Shown here one piece after another: positions 1 through 8,611 of a DNA stretch of 64,000 nucleotides; the stretch's first letter is position 1, and each line of letters opens with the position of its first letter. Below the pieces are notes generated by a model. It saw nothing but the letters and a program-made list of their open reading frames with translations, was not told the origin of the DNA and did not search any database. The position numbers and the translations under genes are program-made. This DNA comes from Pseudomonadota bacterium. GTDB lineage: Bacteria > Pseudomonadota > Alphaproteobacteria > Rhodobacterales > Rhodobacteraceae. The stretch is from positions 1,160 to 65,159 of the forward strand of contig JBCBOR010000018.1 in assembly GCA_039821125.1 (NCBI GenBank). Reading direction: 5' to 3'.

Positions 1-1869
1 TTCATGTTTGGCATGGATCCGGTGCTGGGTCTCGCTTTGATGATCGGCATGGTCGCGGTCGTGCCGACCTCGGACACGTTCGCGTCCGTTCTGATGGGCA
101 TTCCAGGATCATCCGCCTCACAGGCAACGGTTCTGGATGGTTTCCCCATGGCCAAGAACGGCGAAGCCGCTCGGGCTTTGTCCGCCGCATTCGCCTCGTC
201 GCTGTTCGGCGGATTGGTCGGGGCTTGCTTCCTGACGGTCTTCATCCTTGTCGCCCGTCCGATCGTGCTCGAGTTCCGCACGCCCGAGATGCTGATGATC
301 GCGATCTTCGGCCTTTCCATGGTGGCAATCCTGGCGGGCCGTGTGCCGCTGAAGGGGTTGGCGGCCGCCGGGCTTGGCATGCTGATCGGCACGATCGGTG
401 AAGGCGACAGCGCTGGTGCCCTGCGCATGGCGACCTACGACATGCCGTATCTGGTCGACGGGCTGAAGTTGGTCATTGTCGGTCTCGGCATCTTCGCGAT
501 CCCCGAGATCGTCTCGCTGCTGCGTCAGGACAAGTCGATCTCGAAGACCGCGACGCTGGGCGCAGGCTGGCTGACCGGCGTGCGCGACTGGTTCGCGAAC
601 ATCTGGCTGTCGATGCGCTGCTCGCTGATCGGTGTTGTGGTCGGCGTGATCCCCGGCCTCGGCGGCTCGGTGGTCGACTGGATCGCCTATGGTCACTCGG
701 TCCAGTCCACCAAGGATCGCTCGAAGTTCGGCAAGGGCGAGGTGCGCGGTGTCATCGGCCCCGAATCCTCGAACAATGCGAAAGAGGGCGGCGGGCTGGT
801 CCCGACCCTGCTCTTCGGCATTCCCGGCTCCGGCTCGATGGCGATCTTCATCGGCGCAATCGCGCTCTTGGGCTCAGGCGATATCGAGGTCGGCCCGGCC
901 ATGCTGCGCGACAACCTGGACATCACCTACTCCATCGTCTGGCTGCTGGCGCTGGCGAACGTGGTTGGCACGCTGCTCTGCATCGCGGCCTCGGGCGGGA
1001 TTGCCAAGCTGACAACGATCCGCTTTGCGCTGCTGGCGCCGTTCCTCTTCATGCTGATCTCGTTCGCGGCGTTCCAGTCAGGCCAGAACCTGATGGATCT
1101 GGTTGCGCTTTTCGCGATCGGCCTGATCGGTATCTTGCTGCGCCGGTTTGACTGGTCACGCCCGGCCTTCCTGATCGGCTTTGTCCTCGCGGATCCGGCC
1201 GAGACCTTCGCCAATCAGGCGGTACAGATCGCGACCTTCCGCTTCAAGAAGGGTATGGCCGAGGGGTTGGAGTTTATCTTTTCGCCCATCGTCATCGTGC
1301 TGATCATCATCACCATCATCTCGGTCGTGATCGGTCTGCGGCAGGCCAAGAACATCATGGCCGAGGGCGATGTGAAATCCGGCTCGAAGCGCGCGCCGAT
1401 GATCTTTGCTGGAGCGATCCTGGTCTATGTGCTGGTCGCCTTCACCGATGCCTGGATGATCCCGGCCAGCCAGCACGCCGACCGCGTGTTCCCGATGTTC
1501 GTCGGTGCGGTGACCATCGTCGCCCTGCTTCTGCTGATGATCCAGATGATGCGACGGCCGGAGACGGATTCCATCTTCGCCGACAAGGAAGTCTCCGGCG
1601 ATGATGCCGAGGCTCCACATGGCCTTTGGCAAACGCTCGCCTGGTTCGTCGGATTGCTGGTCCTGACCTCGCTTGTCGGGTTCATCCTGGCGCTGGCGGT
1701 GTTCCTGATTGCGTTCTTCCGGATCCGCGCGGGCGAGAACTGGCCGCGCACACTGCTTCTCTCCGGCGCCGGGATCGCGTTCATGTGCTTGATGGCCTAT
1801 GCGTTGAACCGCGACTTTCCGCCGGGCCTGTTGCAGTCCTTTGTGACGCTGCCCTGGCCGTTGACCTGA
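1..1869 (+). CDS. tctA: TTT-family tricarboxylate transporter large permease (TctA), 5' end cut by the window edge, with a C-terminal TctB-like four-helix extension
   Basis: The frame is open from base 1 (track ORF 4..1869). Polytopic membrane protein with TctA-type stretches GIPGSSASQATVLDGFPMAKNGEA, VIPGLGGSVVDWIAYG and LLFGIPGSGSMAIF. The last ~170 aa add four more hydrophobic helices resembling the small TctB subunit. Confidence 0.85.
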   Translation, partial: FMFGMDPVLGLALMIGMVAVVPTSDTFASVLMGIPGSSASQATVLDGFPMAKNGEAARALSAAFASSLFGGLVGACFLTVFILVARPIVLEFRTPEMLMIAIFGLSMVAILAGRVPLKGLAAAGLGMLIGTIGEGDSAGALRMATYDMPYLVDGLKLVIVGLGIFAIPEIVSLLRQDKSISKTATLGAGWLTGVRDWFANIWLSMRCSLIGVVVGVIPGLGGSVVDWIAYGHSVQSTKDRSKFGKGEVRGVIGPESSNNAKEGGGLVPTLLFGIPGSGSMAIFIGAIALLGSGDIEVGPAMLRDNLDITYSIVWLLALANVVGTLLCIAASGGIAKLTTIRFALLAPFLFMLISFAAFQSGQNLMDLVALFAIGLIGILLRRFDWSRPAFLIGFVLADPAETFANQAVQIATFRFKKGMAEGLEFIFSPIVIVLIIITIISVVIGLRQAKNIMAEGDVKSGSKRAPMIFAGAILVYVLVAFTDAWMIPASQHADRVFPMFVGAVTIVALLLLMIQMMRRPETDSIFADKEVSGDDAEAPHGLWQTLAWFVGLLVLTSLVGFILALAVFLIAFFRIRAGENWPRTLLLSGAGIAFMCLMAYALNRDFPPGLLQSFVTLPWPLT

Positions 1870-1881
1870 GGAGGGTGCGCC

Positions 1882-2955
1882 ATGCCCCAACGCGCCATCC
1901 CGTTCCTGTTCATGCGCGGCGGCACCTCGCGCGGGCCGGTCTTCAACCGCGCCGACCTGCCGGAGGATCTCGATGAGTTGGCCGAGGTGCTAATCGCCGC
2001 TGTCGGCTCGGGCCACCCGCTGAACATCGACGGTATCGGCGGCGGGGCTGCGGTGACAACCAAGGTCGTGATGGTCTCGCCCTCGCAAGATTCGTGGGCC
2101 GAGATCGACTATTTCTTCGCTCAGGTCTCGGTCGAGGACCGGTTGGTGGACTACAAACCCACCTGCGGCAACATGCTGACCACCGTTGGCCCTGCGGCCA
2201 TCGAGATGGGCCTGATCGCCCCCAAGGGCGATGAGACCGAGGTCCGCATCCGCGCGGTCAACACAGGCGCCGAGGTTGCGGCCTTGGTCCAGACCCCGGG
2301 CGGTACGGTCGAATATCAGGGCGATGCCGCCATCGACGGTGTGCCCGGCACCGCCGCGCCGGTCGGACTGAACTTTCGCAAGGTGGCGGGGTCTGCGACG
2401 GGCAAGCTGCTGCCGACCGGCAATCTACGCGACGAGATCGATGGCATAGAAGTCACCTGCATGGACGTCGCGATGCCCGTCGTGATCGCCCGCGCTGATG
2501 CGTTCGGCCTGACCGGATACGAGACCCGAGAGGACCTCGACGCCAATCGTGATTTCTTTGCCCGGATGGAGGCCGTGCGCCTGAAGGCGGCGGAACTTAT
2601 GGGCATGGGCGATGTCGCCAAATCCGTGACGCCCAAGTTCGCGATCCTCGCCCATGCACGGAACGGCGGATCCATTGCCGCGCGCTATTTCATGCCGTGG
2701 CAGACTCACCCTTCTCTGGCCGTCACAGGCGGACAATGCATCGCGACCTGCACGCTGGCGCCGGGCTCGGTCGCCGACGGCCTCTGGCCCGGTACGAACC
2801 AATCCCCCGCCGATCTGGTGATCGAGCATCCCAGCGGCGGGCTTGATGTCATCGTCGATTTCGAGAACGGTACGGATGGTTTCGCCGTCAATTCCGCGGG
2901 CCTCACTCGCACCGCACGCAAACTTGCGGCGGGCGAGGTGTTTGTACCGGCTTGA
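1882..2955 (+). CDS. PrpF-family isomerase (methylaconitate isomerase / 4-oxalomesaconate tautomerase-like)
   Basis: N-terminal IPFLFMRGGTSRGPVF signature of the PrpF fold. 357 aa, starting 12 nt after the tctA stop. Confidence 0.8.
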   Translation: MPQRAIPFLFMRGGTSRGPVFNRADLPEDLDELAEVLIAAVGSGHPLNIDGIGGGAAVTTKVVMVSPSQDSWAEIDYFFAQVSVEDRLVDYKPTCGNMLTTVGPAAIEMGLIAPKGDETEVRIRAVNTGAEVAALVQTPGGTVEYQGDAAIDGVPGTAAPVGLNFRKVAGSATGKLLPTGNLRDEIDGIEVTCMDVAMPVVIARADAFGLTGYETREDLDANRDFFARMEAVRLKAAELMGMGDVAKSVTPKFAILAHARNGGSIAARYFMPWQTHPSLAVTGGQCIATCTLAPGSVADGLWPGTNQSPADLVIEHPSGGLDVIVDFENGTDGFAVNSAGLTRTARKLAAGEVFVPA

Positions 2956-2980
2956 GGCCCGGGCCACCAGGGAGGGGCAC

Positions 2981-3841
2981 GTGGCAGAGACACGCGCAAA
3001 GCTGACCATTCCCGACCTCGCCGCGAAGAAGGCGGCGGGGGAGCGGTTGGTCATGGTCGCGGTGGGCGAGGTGCTGACGGCGACCTGGGCCGAGCGTGCC
3101 GCGGTCGACATCATCGGTGTGGGCGACAGCCTGGGCATGACCCTGCACGGGCATGAGAACACGCTGGCGATGACCGTCGATCAGATGATCATGCACACCC
3201 AAGCCGTGCGGCGGGGCGCGCCGAACACGATGACGCTGGTCTCGATGCCCTATGGTTCCTATGCGACGCCAGACATGGCGGTGACCAACGCTGTGCGCAT
3301 GATGAAAGAGAGCGTCGCCGATGCGCTGAAACTGCAACTCGGTCGCGAGGGCGCACATATCATCAAGGCCGTCGCCGATGCGGGCGTGCCGATCATGAGC
3401 CATGTCGGTCTGCTGCCGCATCGCGTCCACATGCTGGGCGGGTTCAAGATGCAGGGCCGTACTGCCGAGGCCGCGATGGAGATCATCGACAACGCCCGCG
3501 CCATCGAGGAGGCAGGCGCCATCGGCCTCGAGATCGAAGCCATGCCCTACGAGGTCGGCAAGGCGGTGGACGAGGCCGTGTCGATCTTCACGTTCTCGAT
3601 CGGGGCCGGGGCGGCAGGGACCTGCCAGCTCCTGAACGGCTACGATCTGCTTGGCGCGTTCGATACGTTCAAGCCAAAGTTCGCCAAACGCTATGCGGAT
3701 CTCGCGGGCATCGCCACCGAGGCCTTCGCCGCTTACGCCGCCGATGTGCGCGCCGGAACGTTCCCAGATGAGGACCACACCTACGCCATGAAGCCGGAGG
3801 AGGTCGCGCGCCTCGCCGACTTGCTCGCCAAGGGAGGATGA
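2981..3841 (+). CDS. 3-methyl-2-oxobutanoate hydroxymethyltransferase (PanB)-family protein, probably a catabolic paralogue
   Basis: IIGVGDSLGMTLHGHENTLAMTVDQMIMHTQAVRRG matches the PanB VGDSLGM...H..AV.RG block. I moved the start to GTG 2981, preceded by GGAGGGG (2971-2977). The track ATG at 2843 would overlap the upstream gene by 113 nt. Confidence 0.75.
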   Translation: MAETRAKLTIPDLAAKKAAGERLVMVAVGEVLTATWAERAAVDIIGVGDSLGMTLHGHENTLAMTVDQMIMHTQAVRRGAPNTMTLVSMPYGSYATPDMAVTNAVRMMKESVADALKLQLGREGAHIIKAVADAGVPIMSHVGLLPHRVHMLGGFKMQGRTAEAAMEIIDNARAIEEAGAIGLEIEAMPYEVGKAVDEAVSIFTFSIGAGAAGTCQLLNGYDLLGAFDTFKPKFAKRYADLAGIATEAFAAYAADVRAGTFPDEDHTYAMKPEEVARLADLLAKGG

Positions 3842-3842
3842 C

Positions 3843-4934
3843 ATGAACAAGGAAGCCGATATTCCGCGCTCGGGCCAGCGGATCCCGAACGGCATGCTTC
3901 AGGACAACTACCCCCGCAACATGTGGTGGGTGGCGGCGCATGCGCGAGAGGTGACGACGAAGCCTCTGGCGCGCTGGCTGCTGGAGACCCCGGTCGTGCT
4001 TTACCGGCTGGAGGATGGCACGCCCGCCGCTTTGTATGATCGCTGCCCGCACCGCTGGGCGCCGCTGTCAGAAGGCCATGTCGATGGCGACAAGATCGTC
4101 TGTCCGTACCATGGCATGGAGTTCAACACCGGCGGGCTCTGCACCAAGGCGCCGACCCAGCACATGAAGCCCAAGACCGCAACGATCCCGTCCTTTGCGG
4201 TGCGCGAGGCAGGCGCCTTCATATGGATCTGGTTGGGGGATCAGGACGCGATCGACTGCGATCCGCCCGAGGTCGGCTATCAGACAGATCCCGGCTGGTC
4301 GTTCATCGACGGGTATTACGAGGTCTCGGCGAACTGGGTGTTGATCCGCGAGAACGTCATGGATCTGACCCACATCGCGTTCCTCCACAAGAACACGTTC
4401 AAGCAGAACGACTGGATCACGCCGCCCGATCACTACATGGAGGACGGCGTCGTCTGTTATGAGCAGGAGTTCGATCTCGCGCCGTTGTCTCCGCTGTTTT
4501 GTGCGGGGATGGGTCTGCCCGAGGACAAGCCGATCAAACGCACGCAGAAGGGGCGGATGCCCTCGCTGGCGATCTCCTTCAGCGATTGGAACGTGCACGA
4601 TCCGGCGCCGGAGGAAGGTCGCCGGTCCGATTTCATCATGCGTGGCTGTCATATCGTGACGCCCTCGCAGCGTGGGCGCACGCACTACTTCTGGGGCGCG
4701 GCCTTCGATGTGCCGACAATCTCGGACGAGGTGGCCGAGAAAACCAAGGCCAGCATTGTTGCGGCCTTTGACGAGGACAAGCACCTGCTCGAGATCATGC
4801 AGCGTCAGATTGGTGACGATCCGCGCGGCACAGACTATCTGGAAGTTACCCTCGGCGCCGATGGTGCGGGCATCTTCGTGCGCCAGATCCTGAACAAGAA
4901 ACTCGCGGCAGAAGGACGCTCGCTGCAACAGTAG
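3843..4934 (+). CDS. Rieske [2Fe-2S] aromatic-ring oxygenase alpha subunit, VanA-like (O-demethylase/monooxygenase class)
   Basis: Rieske motif CPHRWAPLSEGHV...CPYHGMEF. 363 aa, the size typical of single-component-type oxygenase subunits. The start lies 1 nt after the upstream stop. Confidence 0.85.
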   Translation: MNKEADIPRSGQRIPNGMLQDNYPRNMWWVAAHAREVTTKPLARWLLETPVVLYRLEDGTPAALYDRCPHRWAPLSEGHVDGDKIVCPYHGMEFNTGGLCTKAPTQHMKPKTATIPSFAVREAGAFIWIWLGDQDAIDCDPPEVGYQTDPGWSFIDGYYEVSANWVLIRENVMDLTHIAFLHKNTFKQNDWITPPDHYMEDGVVCYEQEFDLAPLSPLFCAGMGLPEDKPIKRTQKGRMPSLAISFSDWNVHDPAPEEGRRSDFIMRGCHIVTPSQRGRTHYFWGAAFDVPTISDEVAEKTKASIVAAFDEDKHLLEIMQRQIGDDPRGTDYLEVTLGADGAGIFVRQILNKKLAAEGRSLQQ

Positions 4935-5062
4935 ACCTGCCGGACGGTCGCAAAGTTGACTGTTGTTTGTCGCGGCGGCTCTGGTCTGCAGTGCCGCATT
5001 TCGCTCCGCCGTGTGTCTATGCTATCTTGAAATTCGGCGAAAGATTAACCACTTAATAAACT

Positions 5063-5506
5063 ATGCTGATTGCAAGACGCTATCTTATCGGGGCCGTTCT
5101 CTCGTCCCTGGCCATCGGCGGTGCGCTGGCGCTCGACTACATCGGACCTGCGGGCAATCCCGCTCCGCTGGTGGTGCAGTTCACCCGCGGCACTGCCCTG
5201 GCACAAGGCGAGGCCGCGCGGGTTTCGGCCTTTGTCGGGGAGCATGTCGCCGAGCCGTCTTTGCGCTTTCATGTGCTTGGTCATACCGGAGACCGCGGCG
5301 ATGCGGATGCCAACCTGGCGCTCTCGCAGGACCGCGCGCAGGCCGTGGCCGATCTTCTCAAAGAGGCGGGTCTGGATGAGGCACAGCTTCTCTCTGTCCA
5401 AGGCATCGGTTCGGCGAGGCCGCTAGCAGCAGGGCCGGAAGAAAGCGATGGAGCCTTGCAACGCCGGATGGCGCGCGTTGTCGTAACCCCCGTGGTTCGC
5501 AAATGA
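5063..5506 (+). CDS. Small membrane-anchored OmpA/MotB-type peptidoglycan-binding protein
   Basis: N-terminal hydrophobic helix followed by the OmpA-like block LGHTGDRGDADANLALSQDRAQAVADLL...GIGSARP...RRMARVVV. Confidence 0.8.
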   Translation: MLIARRYLIGAVLSSLAIGGALALDYIGPAGNPAPLVVQFTRGTALAQGEAARVSAFVGEHVAEPSLRFHVLGHTGDRGDADANLALSQDRAQAVADLLKEAGLDEAQLLSVQGIGSARPLAAGPEESDGALQRRMARVVVTPVVRK

Positions 5507-6162
5507 GGTCGGCTCGTCTGATCGGTCCGGCCTTGGCCGCGATTGTGGCGAGCGCCCTTGCTGCGGCGTTCTTCGAAGTGGCCCGGATGCCGATCCTGTT
5601 TCCGTGGTCGACCGTCATTCTTCCTGCGCTGCTGACAGGGCTGCTGGCTCTTGGTCTTTCACTCATGTTGCCCCCTGGTCTGTTCTTCACGCGGGCTGAG
5701 CGGATGCGCGTCGATCTCTACACGGCAACAGGGCTGTCGGGGGCAAACTCGGAACGCCTTATCTCGACTGTCCAGCAGGCCGAGGGTTTTGCGCGGCGAT
5801 TGCGAGAGGCTTCCCCCGAAATGCGCGAGGATGCGGCGGGTGTAGCCATCGCTGCGGCGGAAGACCTTGAGGAGCTTGCGGCGCGCGTCACGGCAGAGCC
5901 GGCGACCGTTGGCTCGGCCAGTGCACTGATCACGAGGGCGCGGCTCGTGGTCGAGGCGGTCGAGAACTTCGTTGAATACAAACAGGATACCGGCGCGCGG
6001 GAGACCGAAGTCGATCAGGCCCGTGCACGCATCATGGACAGCCTGGCACAAATGTCCGAGGCGACCGATGCCGTCCATGTCCGGCAGGCTCAGCGCCGAC
6101 TTACCGATCTTGAAGTGGCAACCGATGTTGCCGACGATCTTTTTGGGAGACCCCAGCAATGA
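5503..6162 (+). CDS. Hypothetical inner-membrane protein with two N-terminal TM helices and an all-helical tail (XpaC/TelA-like architecture)
   Basis: ATGA overlap with the upstream gene. Two hydrophobic helices followed by a ~150-aa Ala/Glu/Arg-rich helical region. Collinear with the 50158..50754 protein (for example FVEYKQDTGARETEVDQ...LTDLEVATDV versus YVDLDKRASGENRDRVDA...FMALEVQVEV). Confidence 0.6.
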   Translation: MRSARLIGPALAAIVASALAAAFFEVARMPILFPWSTVILPALLTGLLALGLSLMLPPGLFFTRAERMRVDLYTATGLSGANSERLISTVQQAEGFARRLREASPEMREDAAGVAIAAAEDLEELAARVTAEPATVGSASALITRARLVVEAVENFVEYKQDTGARETEVDQARARIMDSLAQMSEATDAVHVRQAQRRLTDLEVATDVADDLFGRPQQ

Positions 6163-7835
6163 TTGCACGCATGGCTCTTGCTCTTTCGATTTCCTTTGCC
6201 GTGGGCAGTCCCGTCATGGCCCAGGCCCCCGGGGCTCCCATGGCGGAAATCGTGACCGAAGGCGTGCGCGATTGCTCGCCCGCAGACGTGCTTGAAATGC
6301 CACTGATCGCTTGGGGTGCCGATGCGGTCACGATCCACGCCAACGGCGGCGGCCTCGAGCCTAGTGGGGGCGAACTGAGCGATCGGGGCGCCTCGCTGTC
6401 GCTGTCTGTCGTCGACGATTTCGCCCAACAGGTGCGCAGCTATCTGACTTGCGAAAGTCCGTTCCTGCGGGGAACGCTGGGGATGCTCACCGCCGCCGCA
6501 CCGGTGACCGAGGCTGACCCGCGTACAGAGCAGGTGGTGATCTACAAGCACAGCTGGTCTGCGGGCGATGGCATTGTCGGCGGTCCGGACGTAAAATCGG
6601 TGAAGGATCTTGCCGGGCGCAAGATCGCGATCCAGGCCTATGGTCCGCACGTCGATTTCGTAGGCAGGGTGCTGGCGGACAGCGGTGTCTCGATGCGCGA
6701 TGTCGAGATTGTCTGGGCCGGTTCGCTGACCGGCGATGGTGACGATACGCCCGCCGCGATCCTGGCGCGCGGAGAAGCCGATGCCGCCGCAGTAATCCTG
6801 CCAGACGCGCGCCTCTTGACCAATGGCGGCACTGTGGGAACAGGTGCGGAGGGATCGGTCAAGGGCGCCGAGATCATCTTCTCGACCATGGAGGCAACCG
6901 CTGTGATCGGCGACTACATCGCCGTGCGAGCCGATGTCTTCGAGGCCGATGAGGAGCGTGTCCGATCGATCGTCGCGGCTCTGTTCGCAGCAGAGGAGAA
7001 GGTTCGCCGCTTTATGGCGGAGGATGGCTCGCCAGAGCAGCAGAAACTCGCGGCGACCATGGCCGATGTTCTGCTTGGCGGGCTTCCGGCGGAGGAGGGC
7101 GTGTTCCTCTGGCGTGATGCCATCACCGATGGCTGGTCGGGCAACGCGACCCATTTTTCGGACCCGAAGGATCCGCGCCGGTTTGAGATCCTGCTTGAGG
7201 AGGTCTCCGGCGCGTTGATTGGCGCGCGTATGATCGAACGGCCCTACAAGCTGGCTCATGCGGAATGGGACTATACCGCGCTGGCAGAGGGGTTGAGCGA
7301 TGTGTCGGACCGGGCCATCGCGGCATTCGATCCAAAGGCGGCCGCTGCGGCGGTGAACCGTTTGCGCCGCACCGGGCGCCTTGATGCGAATACAAAGATC
7401 GACTTCAAGGTCTATTTCGAGCCTGACACCACCGATTTCCCGGCAGCGCTTTATGCTGAGGATTTTGACGAGATCGTCCGCCTCGCGGCGACCTATGGCG
7501 GGGCGATCATCACGGTCGAAGGGCACGCAGACCCGCTGCACTATCTGCGGCGCGAGAAGGATGGCGCGCCCTCGAAGGAACTGCGGGCGATCCGGACATC
7601 GGCTCGAAATCTCTCGTTCAGCCGGGCACAATCCGTTCTTTCCGCGCTCAGCGACTATGCAGGTGGGCAGGGTATTGCGATCAACACCGACCAGTTCACT
7701 CTGGATGGGGTCGGGATCGATCAGCCGGCGTTCAACCCGCCGAAAACCGCCGAGGAGTGGCGCCAGAACATGCGCGTTGTCTTCCGCATCCTGACCACGC
7801 AGGCCGAGGCTACCACCTTCGCACCGCTGGATTGA
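6159..7835 (+). CDS. Exported periplasmic-binding-protein-fold domain fused to a C-terminal OmpA-type peptidoglycan-binding domain
   Basis: Signal peptide MIARMALALSISFAVGSPVMAQA. ~400 aa with SBP-like alternation. C-terminal ITVEGHADPL...ARNLSFSRAQSVLSAL...GVGIDQPA...NMRVVFRI is OmpA-like. ATGA overlap with the upstream gene. Confidence 0.75.
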   Translation: MIARMALALSISFAVGSPVMAQAPGAPMAEIVTEGVRDCSPADVLEMPLIAWGADAVTIHANGGGLEPSGGELSDRGASLSLSVVDDFAQQVRSYLTCESPFLRGTLGMLTAAAPVTEADPRTEQVVIYKHSWSAGDGIVGGPDVKSVKDLAGRKIAIQAYGPHVDFVGRVLADSGVSMRDVEIVWAGSLTGDGDDTPAAILARGEADAAAVILPDARLLTNGGTVGTGAEGSVKGAEIIFSTMEATAVIGDYIAVRADVFEADEERVRSIVAALFAAEEKVRRFMAEDGSPEQQKLAATMADVLLGGLPAEEGVFLWRDAITDGWSGNATHFSDPKDPRRFEILLEEVSGALIGARMIERPYKLAHAEWDYTALAEGLSDVSDRAIAAFDPKAAAAAVNRLRRTGRLDANTKIDFKVYFEPDTTDFPAALYAEDFDEIVRLAATYGGAIITVEGHADPLHYLRREKDGAPSKELRAIRTSARNLSFSRAQSVLSALSDYAGGQGIAINTDQFTLDGVGIDQPAFNPPKTAEEWRQNMRVVFRILTTQAEATTFAPLD

Positions 7836-7845
7836 GGAGGGGACG

Positions 7846-8607
7846 ATGAAACGCATGCTCGTTCCCGTGCTGACGATTGTGATCATCGCCGCAGCCATTT
7901 ACTGGGATCAAGCGACGTACACACCGCCCGGTGATGACGTCACTGCGATCGACACGGCAACACTCGCGCCGGATTGGGGTGCGATCTCTTCGTGGCCACC
8001 TGTCGATGGAATCGGGGTGGAGCCTGCGAGCGCCGAGGAAAATCCCGATCCTTGGCAACTGACAACGCTGATCCTGCTCGATGACAGTGCATCCATGAAC
8101 ACCCGGATGGAGGCCGCCAAACAGGCGGTGATCGAAGCGGTTGGACAACTCGCCCCCGAGAGCCGGGTCGGCATCGTTGCGCTCAATGCCGGGATTGTAT
8201 TGCCGGTCACGCGCGCCGGTGATGCGGCGCGCAGCCTTCCGGCGCAACTCGCGCCGATTAAACCTTCAGGCGCCACACCGTTGGGCGCGCGGCTGTCCGA
8301 GGCGATGGGCATCCTGGCGGCGGAGGCACGCCAGAGCCGCGGCTTCGGCGTCTACCGCATTCTGGTTACGACTGATGGCGCCGCCAGTGACGGAAACCGG
8401 ATGAACAATGCGGTGGCGGAAATCCTGTCGACCACACCGATCGAACTCGCAACCATCGGGGTCGGTATTGGCGAGGGCCACGCACTCAACGTGCCAGGAT
8501 ACACCAGCTATGTCAGCGTCAGCAGTGTCGATGATCTGGCCAGTGCGCTAACGGCAGCGGCGGCTGAGCAGACCGTGTTCCAACCCATCACGCAGTTCGA
8601 GGAATAG
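7846..8607 (+). CDS. Membrane-anchored von Willebrand factor A (vWA) domain protein
   Basis: N-terminal TM helix. MIDAS elements LLDDSASM, GATPLG and LVTTDGAASDG. Confidence 0.85.
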   Translation: MKRMLVPVLTIVIIAAAIYWDQATYTPPGDDVTAIDTATLAPDWGAISSWPPVDGIGVEPASAEENPDPWQLTTLILLDDSASMNTRMEAAKQAVIEAVGQLAPESRVGIVALNAGIVLPVTRAGDAARSLPAQLAPIKPSGATPLGARLSEAMGILAAEARQSRGFGVYRILVTTDGAASDGNRMNNAVAEILSTTPIELATIGVGIGEGHALNVPGYTSYVSVSSVDDLASALTAAAAEQTVFQPITQFEE

Positions 8608-8611
8608 GCGC

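Noticed and set aside
6090-7898. Very long antisense ORFs. Examples are 6090..7898 (602 aa), 33938..35701 (587 aa), 38596..39750, 50764..51930, 53722..54864, 54608..55846, 57884..58945 and 27951..28958.
   Set aside because: These are typical shadow ORFs of high-GC DNA. Their products are Arg/Gly/Pro/His-rich with low complexity and no recognisable motifs. Each lies opposite a gene with strong family signatures.
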